Positions 24,461-36,805 of a stretch of DNA of 64,000 nucleotides are shown piece after piece. The translations under genes were made by a program, and so were the position numbers. This DNA is from Octopus sinensis (Eukaryota). The stretch covers positions 158,968,001-159,032,000 of the forward strand of contig NC_042998.1 of assembly GCF_006345805.1 (NCBI RefSeq), given 5' to 3'. Numbering within the stretch: position 1 is the first letter of the stretch; every line of letters starts with the position of its first letter. The notes beneath the pieces are model-generated. The model did no database searches and had not been told where the DNA came from. It was given only the letters and a program-made list of their open reading frames with translations.

Positions 24461-27040
24461 TTCTCTCTGCGTATTGAAATACCCCAGACTATGGCTGTTT
24501 TGTCATTTTCTGAGATCTTTTCTAGGATATGCTTATACAATTTTCTCTGCGGTTATTCCATAGTGCTGGCACAGCCTCCAGTTTATACGGGCACCAACGC
24601 TGTCACGTCTGTTGATATATTCTTTCTTAGCCAGGACTGAGCAGCCAGAGACTACATGATTTGTTGCTTCTTTCCCATCACCACATACTGGAGTTACACA
24701 TATTTTTCTTCATGTGTTTTGCTGATTTCTGGTGCGGAGGCTTTGATCTTTGATTAAAAATCCTTCAGTCTCTGCATTCAGTCCTGAGCTCCTCAACCAT
24801 TGCTAGGATTTTACTTTGTTTATTTCTTTGCTGTTGTGCTTATCGCAGTATTTGCCTTGTAAGAGCTTTTCTTACCATAGTCTTATCACAGTATTTTATA
24901 GTTCCAATTTTAGCTTAGATATTAGTTGCTTTACAACTTTTGTTGATTCTCCTTTTTCTACATAGTAGTCAGGTATTATGATCTCTTTCTTGTGATTTTT
25001 CAGCTTCCTTGAAGACTAAAAATAGTTTTTATTTTGTTCGTTGTTTGAGGCTACTTGTATACCAGTTTTTCTTGGCTCTGAATTGGATATTTCTGTAGAT
25101 ATTTTATAGCAATTTTCTAATTGTTTAAGGCCTCTACCACCTTCAGTTGGTTGGGTATATAACCTTTCTTTGTCAGATTTTGGGAGTTATATTCTAAATT
25201 CCGTCACTATTTTTCTTATTTTCCAGTCTAGTTTGACTAGTTCATTTAGTGTCCAGTTAAGAATATTGTAACTACAACTTATAACTGGGACAGCTAGGTA
25301 TTAATACCTATTATCTTATTTTTATATCGTTTGCAGCGTACCGCATGAGATCATCCATATAAAAGAAATTGTTGATTGATTCACCATAGCAGTTGTATCC
25401 AGATCTAGTTCTATTTAGGATGTCGGTTAAAGGCGTGAGTGCTAGACAGAAAAGAAGTAGAGAGATTGAGTTTCCTAAGAATATTCCTTTTCTAATGGGG
25501 ATGGATTTAGTTTTTATTATTCCCCCTTTCATCTGTAGCTTCAGAACTGTTTGCCACTTATTCATGGCATGTTTTACATATAATATTATTGTTAGCGCTG
25601 CCCTGTTCATGGCTAGTGTTTTCAGGGCCCATTTGTCTGAAATACGGTCAAAAGTCTTCCAATAATCGATCTAAGCCCAGCTTAGACTCTTTTGTTTTTA
25701 CCTTTCAGCAGTCTTCAATTATGACTTTGTTGATCAATAACAGGTCTGTACAACCCTATGAACCTTTGTGGTATGCATTCTGCTCTTCTGGAAACAGGTT
25801 GGGTTTTTTTTTCAAAATGTCTGCCCCTGCTCTGCGATATCATTGCAGTTAAGACTTTGTAGGTTTTAGGGAGATAACTTGTGGGTCTGTAGCTTTATGG
25901 GTTTATTGTTTCAGTAGATTCGGAAATTAGAATGGATTTTTCCCTTCTGTGAGCCTTCTGGGGTTGTCTCTGATTCCGTTAGCATCTCATTGAATTTCCT
26001 TGTCAGTGTTTTGTATGTCTCTAATAAATATTTTAACCGGAAATTGGAAATCCTGCCATACTCGGGTGCTTTCCAGTTGTTTAAATTTGCAGTACCTGGG
26101 TTATCTCTTCCATTGTTATGAGTGTCCAGAGTTGTTCAGGTACTGTTACTGTCTGTTGTTTTAATTTATTCTTTCTGGGGTAGTTTCTCCGCCGCCCAAA
26201 CTTCTTTCCAAAATTCTTCCCCATGTCTTGCTGCTTGTGTTGCATTGATCTCTAATCTATTTTTGTAGAAATCTTGGTAGAATTTTAGGGGACTGGAGTT
26301 AAACTGCTTATTTTGTTAAAAGAATCATTGGCATTTTTCATGCCAACTCATTCTTTGTGCTTTTATGAGGATATCTTGCTTTAGATGTTCTTTTGTGTTA
26401 GGTTCATCTTGTTTTGGTATACATTTTTGTGTAATTTCTTTATTTCTTGTTTATTACTGTTGTTTGGTTACTAATTTCAATAAGGATTGAGAGTCTTTCC
26501 TTTTATTTTCAAACTTTTCCTGGTTATTAATTTTCCATACAATTTCTTTAGGTTTTAATGCTTCTGTTTAGATGTGTTTGAGGGAATATACACTTTTCTT
26601 TGGGGGCACAGAGGCTGCTGCATTTATTATTCTATATAGCCTGGTCATATTGATATTTCCTTTTATTGCAATTAATTCTATGACAGCCAAATTTATGGGT
26701 ATTTTATTGTTGTTACTGTCTTATTATTAAGTTTAATTTTTGAGCAGTGCAGTTGGTGGACCACACTGAGTTTTTCGAGTTTTTTTTTTTATTCCTTGAT
26801 TATGTTCGCTTTTAAAGTCTCATAATCATCGCTTTCAAATTCATTGCTTCCAGTTTTTAAGTTTGTGTTGCTCTGGTTAGATGTATTTTGATCATCACTA
26901 TGGATTCCTAGAGCTTGAGGTTGTTGAGTTTCACTATTCACTTCATTTTTGCTGCACGCGTTAAGTCTATCTTCATGTTTTACATTTTCAGAACTTATTT
27001 CTAAGTATTCCATGGGCACTATTTGCGTTTTCATGATGTA
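24040..27040 (-). mobile_element. Decayed R4/Dong-like non-LTR retrotransposon (RT, CCHC knuckle, restriction-like endonuclease)
   Basis: IPIRKGIFLGNSISLLLFCLALTPL and FFYMDDL (RT); NHVVSGCSVLAKKEYINR (zinc knuckle region); LLIDISV and LPITIGAL (RLE region). A (GA)n expansion at 24372-24468 lies inside the RLE region. Confidence 0.85.
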
Positions 27041-27749
27041 TTTTTTTTTTTTTTCAATACTCTATTTCCATTTCTCATATCTTTATCGTTTATCTGTTGG
27101 CTAGTTTGTTAGGATTCACCGATAAATCCAAATCTAGGTTGTATTTTCGCTTTGGTGGTACAATACGGTTGTATTTTCGTTTTGGGGGTTCAGTACTGTT
27201 GAAAAACAGTGTAGGATAGGAACATATTGATTTTTATTTCATGATTTTTATTTTATTTGCAATACAAGAGGAATAGCGTTCGGCCCTTTATATAGATTGT
27301 CATCATTTTCTTAGGTTACCGGTCCCATGGTTTTTGGTGTTAAAGAGTTTTGCACGTGTAATTTTCATACATTTTTTTGTAATAAGTTTAAAGAATGTAT
27401 TTCCTGTTTGTTATTCGTGGTCTGAATAACGGATACTATTAAAATTTTTCTTCATTTATTTTGTGTGTATGACAGTGGAGGACGAAGGCAGCATGTATTT
27501 GATATAAAACCTAATTTGGCGATCGTGTTTATATGTGTTGCGTGAATGTTGGAGAATGTAATCATTTATAATACATCATTTAATGTAGGTAATAGGAATA
27601 TATTTTAATGAGTATTACTTGGTTATGGTCCAACATTTTGTCACATTATTTTAGTTTACATATGTTATTTTTATTCCCAATGCTTTTGATTAGATTTCGG
27701 AGCAATATGTTATCGTTCTCACATGTTAAAAGTCCCCGGTATTCTCTTC

Positions 27750-27764
27750 TTCTTCTTCTTCTTC

Positions 27765-27808
<44 letters not shown>

Positions 27809-27836
27809 ATTATTATTATAATTATTATTATTATTA

Positions 27837-27907
<71 letters not shown>

Positions 27908-27913
27908 TTATTA

Positions 27914-27945
<32 letters not shown>
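27750..27945. repeat. (CTT)n/(ATT)n microsatellite
   Basis: Seen directly. Confidence 0.95.
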
Positions 27946-27946
<1 letters not shown>

Positions 27947-28252
27947 GCAAGAAAAAAAGATTGTACTATACGGATATTGCAGTTTCTGCACCTGCAATGT
28001 TGGATCGCGAATTATTAACACGAATTAATTCCAGGAGGCAATAGTGGATTGTAATGAATTTTGTCGTTCTGGACAAATAAGATTACATACAGAGCTTATA
28101 AGTACATTAATAGCAAAACATACACACACACAACACACACACACACACACATACACACACACGCACATACATACATTCACAACTGCTTACCCATAGCTTC
28201 ACATAACCGTTCATCAGACAGTTGTAATAACACAGACTAGTATATATATATA

Positions 28253-28298
<46 letters not shown>

Positions 28299-28593
28299 TA
28301 TATATATATATATATATTATATATATATATATTTATTACCCTGAGGAAGGTAAACTTGGAATTAAGGAAAAAATGTTGAAACAACGGAATTCAAATGAGA
28401 ACGCAGCCGCTTAGCCCTAAGCAACCTAGATTCATAGTGAAGGACCATAAACCGAACTTCCACACCAACCCAGCGCTAAGACTCATATGCCCTGCTAGCT
28501 CTGATATCGGGATAATCAGTAAGTACATTTTAGATAAATATATCCCTAGTTTAGTAAACAAACTGAAGCTCAGCCTCTGGGCCAACTCCTCGC

Positions 28594-30573
28594 ATCCCCA
28601 ATAAGAACCGTACCAGGTTCATCCAGTTTGATATCGCCAGCTTCTACCCCTCGATTAACCCTAGTGTACTAAATAAGGCCCTTTGGCATGCTCACAACAA
28701 GGCTGGCCTCACCAGAGAAGAAATAGATATCATTTTAGTTGCCAGGAAATCGTTTATTAAGTTTGATAATAAGTTGTGGATCCGTAAAGATACTCCCAAT
28801 GAATTTGATGTGCCTATGGGTAGTTCGGATAGTGCGCAGATAGCCGATTTGGTCGGAATATATATTCTCTATGAATTGTCCGACCAATTCCCGGAGATCG
28901 CGGGCGGCCTGTATCGTGACGATTGTCTGTTTTACCTGCAAAACACCACGAACAGAATAGTGCAGAAAACTAAGAGCAGGTTAGCTAGGTTTTTTAATAG
29001 AATGGGCATGAATATAGTTTTTGATAATGAACTCACCAAGGCAAATTTCCTAGACGTTACACTTAACCTTAATAGCAACTCATACTGCCCTTACCATAAG
29101 CCTTCCACTAATTTGAAGTATGTCAGTGTCTTCTCCAATCATGCCAAAACCGTAACAGACAATTTGGTTAAAAACATCTCTCTAAGATTGTCTGGCTTGT
29201 CCGCTAGTGCCGATATTTTTATGCAGAAAGCGGAATTTTATAACGCCGCACTATCCAAGGCCGGTTATAGGCAGAAGGTAATTTATATTGATCCGGCCCT
29301 TCCGATGCCATCATTCGGTCATCAGGATAGGGCCGTCTATAATAACATTAATAATTTAAGTAGTGACGGGAGCGCGGCGGGTGCCGGGGCAGTCGCTCCC
29401 GCATTTAACTTAGCGAACAAGGATAATTATCGGTCCGGGGGATCTCACACTAACCCAAAACCCGTTATTCATCCGAGAATCACCCACCCGAATGCGAGAG
29501 CTGGCGTCCCGACCCATCACATAAATAGGAACAAGCATATATGGTTTGTAATTCCCTTTGGTAAGCAGATTAGAACTAACCTCCCCCTCATGTTTCGACA
29601 AGCCATCGCCAATAACTTCCCCAGAAATTCCAAATATTACTCCACGGTTAATTCGCATAAAGTTAGGATAGCTTTCTCCAACACTAAAAACCTCGCCCAG
29701 ATAGTCGCCTCCCATAATAATAAGCTGCTTACCAAGACCCTACCACCTTTATCCGGAGGCACAACTTCTTCCGCTCCCGGTTTAACGCCCAGTAGGAATA
29801 ATAATAGTAGTAATAATGATATGAGAGCCAGTACAGTGACTCATAATCTCAGCTCCAACCAGGGATTATATACTAGGGGTATAGTTATAAATAAGGGTGA
29901 TGTCATTGACGGTAACGATGGCAGTAGTGAGGTGAGCGCAGCTCCACTCGCTAGGGTAGAGAGTCCCAATAGCAACTCCAGCATCGTTTCCGGCAATAGC
30001 AGCACCACGGGCACTAGCAATGACAGCACTCTGAGTGATAGTGTAGAATCAGGTGTTATTCCGTTAGGTAATAGTGACAGTGGACGTGGTAGTTAAAGTA
30101 AGTGCGCTGCAGTTCTCTCGCAACAAATATACAACAGTAACGCAGTTCTAATTTCAGAAACTAATCCTAATAGAATAAGGTTCACGTCGGTGAACTCCAA
30201 GATCAGAAACGCCGTCTACTAATGTAAGGTTTACACGGACTCAGATGTCTACTCTTATGTCGGGGCCTCATCGTCAAGATTGTCCTCACGGATCTCCAAC
30301 CATTACGCAACTTTTCGAGACGTGAATAAATGCCAGACCACGGGACTCAGCAAGCTAATATGGCGATTGAAGAATACGAACTCAAGCTACAGCCTGGAAT
30401 GGTCAATTTTGTCGGTGGCCCCCCCATTTGACAGGGGCAGAAGGAAGTGCAACCTTTGTGTCTCCGAACTCTTCCATATATTGTTCGCCAGAGACCGGAT
30501 AGTAAACGGGCTTTTACAGTCGGCTTTTCGATGCCCCCACTGGCGGCGTTATACTTATCTTGCTTATAAATAA
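28594..30573 (+). pseudogene. PLE RT-endonuclease reading frame interrupted by two TAA stops
   Basis: One frame runs from IPNKNRTRFIQFD (28594) through the 440-aa ORF, TAA 30094-30096 and TAA 30220-30222, into the 30280-30573 ORF. A short deletion/frameshift near 28590 joins it to the 28395 ORF. Confidence 0.88.
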
Positions 30574-30598
30574 CGCTTATAAATAACGCTTATAAATA
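30560..30598. repeat. Three tandem copies of a 13-mer (GCTTATAAATAAC) at the PLE stop codon
   Basis: Seen directly. Confidence 0.85.
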
Positions 30599-31178
30599 AT
30601 ACCTGCACCCGGTTACACTACTTATATGAAAATAGCCCTTGGAAATAAATTCTGAATAACTTTTATGAGAAATATGATTAACCATTGCAAGGGGAATTTC
30701 TCCTGGGAGACGAATGGGGGTTTGTCTTGACGACGGGGGATTTCTTTGACAAGGCAGGCTTAGACGAACACACGCACACATAAAAAATTTTTTTCTGCCA
30801 CCCGACGGATTTTATAGCAGTGACCATTGTGTAGGGCTGTTTACCAACTGACGGCCACGTGATCAAACGCACATACGAACACATAGAACAGCACACACAC
30901 ACATGTTTCTAAGTAGATTTTGCCTCGCCCCATATATACCCTATATTCTTTAATGTCAGAACTTTAGTCTCGGTCACAAAGAACATCTAAGCACCCTGTG
31001 CCTACCACCCCACCGGAATGACCGCTGCCTGACCCGTTAAAAACTTCAACGCACCCGCCACCAGTTTTCAACATACATTGATAACAGTTTGGCCATGGGC
31101 TCTTAGGAGCCTCGTTCGATTTGTTTTGCTCCGCCTCTGTTCTGTTTTTGTTTTTTCCAACGGATTTCCTATTTCTTC

Positions 31179-31249
31179 CTGAAGAAAGACACAATATGGT
31201 CTCCTTATTCAATCGGAATTTGGTAAATTGTGCCTTCGAAACACGTGTA
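31179..31249 (+). ncRNA. Hammerhead-like motif in the PLE 3' UTR (stem I not formed)
   Basis: CUGAAGA, stem II AAGACACAAU/AUUGUGCCUU (9 of 10 pairs), an extra C, GAAA, C-ACGU-G palindromic stem III, triplet GUA. Stem I pairing is poor. Confidence 0.5.
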
Positions 31250-31484
31250 AATGCAATAAAACGATTTCTGTTCAATCTTCGTCAACTCCCTTTCTTCAAT
31301 TCACTAATAATATTATATATTATATATATATTATAGATATATATATATCTATATATATATATATATATTATATATATATATATAATGTATATATATATTG
31401 TATATATCTCTATATATATATTCTATATATAATATAATATATATATCTTATATATTTATATGTATATATATATATATATATTAT

Positions 31485-32216
31485 ATTTAAATAATGAGGG
31501 AGATGAATAATATTCCTTTAATTAATATTACTTCAAAACAGTAGCCAGCTAAAAGTCTGAAAAATCAGAGAAAATTCTATACAATTTGTATATTAAAAGT
31601 GCTAAAATCCACTATGTGGTCAACCATATCTAAAGTAGATCACCTACGACAACTACAAAGAAAGAGTTCTCCTAGGAAATTTCAGCAGACACCAACAATA
31701 TGCGGCAAGAACAGATGAAAATTATATAAAAAACAAGACTTATCGCAGTAGACCGGCGATTTCGCCTATAAACGAATAAATCACCACTTACGTAATCCCT
31801 TCGTCCGTAGTGCTCGTCAGTACGATCGTTCCACAAGCAATATAATTTGTAAAACTAACCACCAGTTTTCAGTATAAAAACAGACACGTGCTTAGTTCCA
31901 CCGATTACATTGGGATTAATTTCAAATGTTTGAGTTCTGGCGCGCTAAATTCCGGAAACATAAACTGCAGTAAATAATTTACTGCAGTTAATGCTGCCTA
32001 TTAGAGAACATATTTATTTTAACATTTAAATAATGAGGGAGATAAATTGAATATTAATTTAATTTATATAAGTTTAAAACCAGTAGCCTAGCATACAAGA
32101 GTCTGAAAAATCAGAGAAAATTCTAATACATGTGTATATTTAAAGAGCTAAAAACCAATATGTGGTCAGCCATATGCTAGAAGTAGATCACCTACGATCA
32201 AACTACAAAGAAAAGA
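31485..32216 (-). mobile_element. Non-coding HHR-bearing unit with terminal direct repeats (retrozyme-like), period about 540 bp
   Basis: Diverged direct repeats at 31485-31665 and 32024-32216, (TA)n on both sides, internal HHR at 31748-31823, homologous to 44914-45623. Confidence 0.7.
31748..31823 (-). ncRNA. Type I hammerhead ribozyme motif
   Basis: Minus strand reads GUA-CUGACGA-GC(A)CUA...UAGGC-GAAA-UCGCCGG-UC-UAC. Canonical core, stem I GUA/UAC, GUC triplet. Confidence 0.7.
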
Positions 32217-32306
32217 ATGCTCTCATATATATATATGTATATATATATATATACATGTGTGTGTGTGTGTGTGTGGTGTATCTATATATATATAAATGTA
32301 TGTACC

Positions 32307-32350
<44 letters not shown>

Positions 32351-32589
32351 CCGAACATCTGAGGCCATTCCCCCGATGACATCTCGGTGTTTGGTCTTGT
32401 CCCACACAACGGCTCTCCACAATCTAGGCTTCACTTGGAGCAACGGCTCATATTCCTTCTACAGACTCAACACAGCCCCCTCCTCTTAGTGACTGCGCCC
32501 CACTTCTCCCCACTAGCAACTTTTATTTTTTATTTATTATTTTTTATTTTTTATTTTATATTTTTTATTTTTTATTTTTTATAATTGTC

Positions 32590-34147
32590 CTTATGCAGAT
32601 ACACACACACATACTCACGTACCCACGAACACACCTACTCCCTAACACACCACACACACACAACGTACATGCACATGTACGCACACATCCACACCTATAC
32701 ACACCCACACCCCCACACACCCACACGCGCACACACACACATGCCCGTGCACACACACCAGGGACAATACTCATACAGATACGCAGACTCCTATAAACAC
32801 CTAGCTGAGACGCAGATACACGCACGTAAGCGCACACACGCACACAAGCACGCGCATGTACCTTACGCCCACACAACTCCAACATACATACATATATACA
32901 TATATACATATATACATACATACATATATACACATACATACACACACACATACATACATATATACACATACATTTATACACATACATATATACACATACA
33001 TACACACACACATACACACATACATACGCACATACATACATACACACTCACACTTACATACATACACACACATACATACACACACATACATACACACACA
33101 CATACACATACATACATACATACATACACACATACTTACATACACACACGCATACATATACATACATACACACACACATACACACATACACACATACATA
33201 CGTACACACACGCATACATACACACATACATACACAGACACATACATATATATATACACACACACATACATATACATACATACATACAGACACACACATG
33301 CACACATACGTACATACACATACACACACACACATACACACACATACATACTATACACACATACACACACATACACACAAACATACATACACACACGCGT
33401 ACATATACATACATACACATACACACACACACACTTACACACGTACACCCGTACATACATACATACACACACACTTACATACACACACATACATATATAC
33501 TTACACACATACACACATACATACATACTCACACGCATACATATACATACATACATACACATACACACACACATATACACATACATACATACACACACAT
33601 ACATACATATATACACACATACATACACACATACATACATACATAGATACATGCATACACAAACATACATATACATACATACATACGCACATACACACAC
33701 ACTTACACACACACGCACGCACACATGCATACATACACACACATACATACACGCACAGGTACAAATATACATACACACACACACACCTACACACATACAC
33801 ACATACATACACACACACACATACATACATACATACATACATAGACACATGCACACACACATACACACACATACATACATACATACATACATACGCACAT
33901 ACACACACATATACACACATACACACACACATACACACACATATATATACATACATACATACACACACATATACACATACACGCATGCACACATACATAC
34001 ATACACACACATACATACATACACTACATACATAGATACATACATACATACACACACACATACATATACATACATACGTACACACACGCACATAAACACA
34101 TACACGCATGCATAAATACATACATACACACATACATACATACAGAC

Positions 34148-34178
<31 letters not shown>

Positions 34179-35420
34179 CATACACACACACATATACATA
34201 CACACATACATACATACATACATACATACATACACACAGACACACACACATACACACATACATACATACACACACGCATACATATACATACATACATACA
34301 CATACACACACATACACACATACACACATACATACATACACACACACATACATACACACATACATACATACATAGATACATACATACACGCACACGCACA
34401 TACATATACATGCACACATACACGCAGGCACACATTCATACATACACACACACATACATACACACACATACATACAAACACATATACACACATACACACA
34501 CATACACACATACATACATACACACACATACATACATACACACATACACACACATACACACATACATACATACACACACGCATACATATACACACTTACA
34601 TACACATACACATACACACATACAAACATACACACACATACGTACACACATACATACATGGATACATACATACACATACATATACATACATACATACACA
34701 CACATACACGCATGCACACATACATACACATACATACACACATACATACACACACACACTTACACACATACACACAAACATACATACATACACACATATA
34801 AACATATAAACACACATATAAGCCTCTACATTGTACACACACGCACACATATATACATACATTCACTCGCACGCACATACACACACACGCACACACACAC
34901 ATTTACATATATATACTATACACGCGCACACACATACACACGTACAAACACACACAAACTCACATACACACCGACAGATATGCATACACAATATACACCT
35001 ATTCGCGCACGCACACATACACATAAACACATACAAACGCACAGATACACGCACACATATACACGTACATACATACACACTCACACAAATGAACCCACAC
35101 ATACATCCCTACACACACACACGCACGTACAAGCACACACGCACACATACACTAGGTTAAGCACAGTTACTCGCCACACACCCAAACTCTATTCATACAC
35201 ACACGAACACATACATGCACAAACACACTACAAACAACACACACACATGATACATATACTTACACGCACACACATATACCCCTTTGTTTTTTGACCTGGT
35301 TTTGACCTCGCTGGATACAAAAAAGTGCCACTCCTTTATGACAGCTAGCTTGCCATGCCTATTATTCACCATACATACACACACACACACACGCACGCAG
35401 GCACAAACACACTTGTCATC
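32590..35420. repeat. About 2.8-kb degenerate (CA)/(TACA) array
   Basis: Mixed CA, TACA and CACG units; source of all HT/YI/VC ORFs up to 446 aa. Confidence 0.95.
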
Positions 35421-35594
35421 CTTGCACACACGCGCACCCACACACATACCTTGTCTTTGAAACTCTCTTGTTTTTAAAAATCATGATTCGTCTACCTTTC
35501 AACTTCTGTTCTTTCAACATGTGATCTCTTGAGCACCACCAGCAAAAATATTTTTTTCCTCTGTCTTCCCTTCTCGGGATCTTTCCTTCTCCTT

Positions 35595-35629
35595 GTTTCC
35601 GACGAAGAGCTCCACTCGAAACGTTAAAC
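35595..35629 (+). ncRNA. Minimal hammerhead-like motif, U4C core
   Basis: GUUU-CCGACGA-A-GAG-cucca-CUC-GAAA-CG-UU-AAAC. Stem I GUUU/AAAC, palindromic AACGUU stem III. Confidence 0.6.
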
Positions 35630-36621
35630 CCTCCTTCCCTTCTTTCCTGAGCGTCAAATAATACTTTAATTGTTCCACGTTCTCGCGTTGCTGTGTTTTT
35701 ATTTGTGTTTTTTTCTGTGTTTTCTTGTTTGGATTAACTATATATATATATATATATATATAAAGGCATGCAAGCGTCAAGAGATATTGAAGATTTATGG
35801 TATGGCATATTTAGTTTTCAATATTTAAATATGTTAATGTTAAAATTCTTCTAATATGTAACATTCTGATAAGAAATGTGGTAATGACTGTCACTTTGGT
35901 AATATGATGATAGTATCTCAAAACAAAAGACAAGACAGCAATGTTCATTATGTTTATAATTCCCAATCATGACTTTCTCTCAAATCCTCATACCAAGGTG
36001 TATCTTTCAAAGTATTCATGTAAAACCAAGGTTTAGTTCAGCTTTAGAATGCACTAACCATTGGTGACTACGCAAGTGTAGTATAATGTCTTTCGTATAA
36101 AATAGAGTGATGATTTCAGGGGCGGGAAGCTCTAAGATTGATTGAGAGATTGTATGTGTTGACAGTCAGTATGTAAGTGGCTGTTTATCTGTGGCCTGTA
36201 TACAAGTGAAGGTCAGAAGATGAGTATCAGAGTCTCTTGAGAGTCAATAAGATCAGCGAACGCGCATGTATATCCACAGCCAATACATGAATGACTGTAT
36301 GATAAATTAAAGATCGAAGTGAGGGTTGATCAGTATAAGAACCAGTTTTCTGCAACTACTTTTCTTGTCATAGTGGCCTTACCAATAACTTAGCAACTCA
36401 GAAACGCGCATTGACGAAAACGAGATAATTTGTTCGGTTGTAATACAAATCGTGGCCCATATAATTTCCATCAGTAATACTCTTCGAAAAGTAAGGACGT
36501 CACATTACTTAGAAAAGCAACATAGTCATGTCACATTCTTCATTCAAACTATAGTAGAAAAAACATCTTCCTAAGTGGTTGGTATACCGCTTAAAATAGA
36601 ATTTGTATATAGGATAATAAT

Positions 36622-36805
36622 CTTTTCTACTATAAGGCCTGAAATTTCGGTGAAAGTCGACCTCATTACTCAACTGGTACTTAATCTTTCGACCCCCAAA
36701 ACGATGAAACGCAAAGTCAACCTCGGCGGAATTTGAACTCAGAACGTAGCGACAGATGAAATACTGCTAAACATTTTGCCCGGCGTGCCAACTCTCCGCC
36801 TTATT
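36622..36805 (-). mobile_element. SINE family B with target-site duplication
   Basis: Aligns to 61954-62168. TAGGATAATAAT at 36610-36621 and 36806-36817. Confidence 0.85.

Larger units (their letters stand above)
28386..31310 (+). mobile_element. 5'-truncated Penelope-like element with C-terminal GIY-YIG (KDHK/RLxxPA-type RT; possibly Hydra-like clade)
   Basis: RT motifs FIVKDHKPNF, RLICPASSDIG, FIQFDIASFYPSI, FDVPMGS and GLYRDD. Endonuclease AVY..YVG..RISNH..CNLC..E..N..CPH. The 3' UTR carries a hammerhead-like motif, and (TA)n flanks both sides. The clade name is an inference. Confidence 0.9.
32346..35740 (+). mobile_element. 3' remnant of a Neptune-like PLE with a hugely expanded CA-rich 3' region
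   Basis: Endonuclease C-terminal fragment (FAEHLR..ISVFGLVPH..RLHLEQRLIFLL), then a CA/TACA array, an HHR-like motif at 35595 and a T-rich tail ending in (TA)n. Same order as 42076-43760. That these parts form one element is an inference. Confidence 0.65.

Noticed and set aside
28341-28390. CTGAGGA...GAAAC at the 5' junction of the PLE
   Set aside because: No convincing stem II, III or I; may be a junction fragment.
30094-30222. Possible selenocysteine readthrough in the PLE ORF, as reported for some Naiad elements
   Set aside because: Both in-frame stops are TAA, not TGA, and the endonuclease is C-terminal; simple CAA to TAA decay is more likely.
32585-35294. Long ORFs of 230-446 aa (HT/YI- or VC/MY-rich)
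   Set aside because: Translation of a CA/TACA array that lacks stop codons in most frames; no protein signal.
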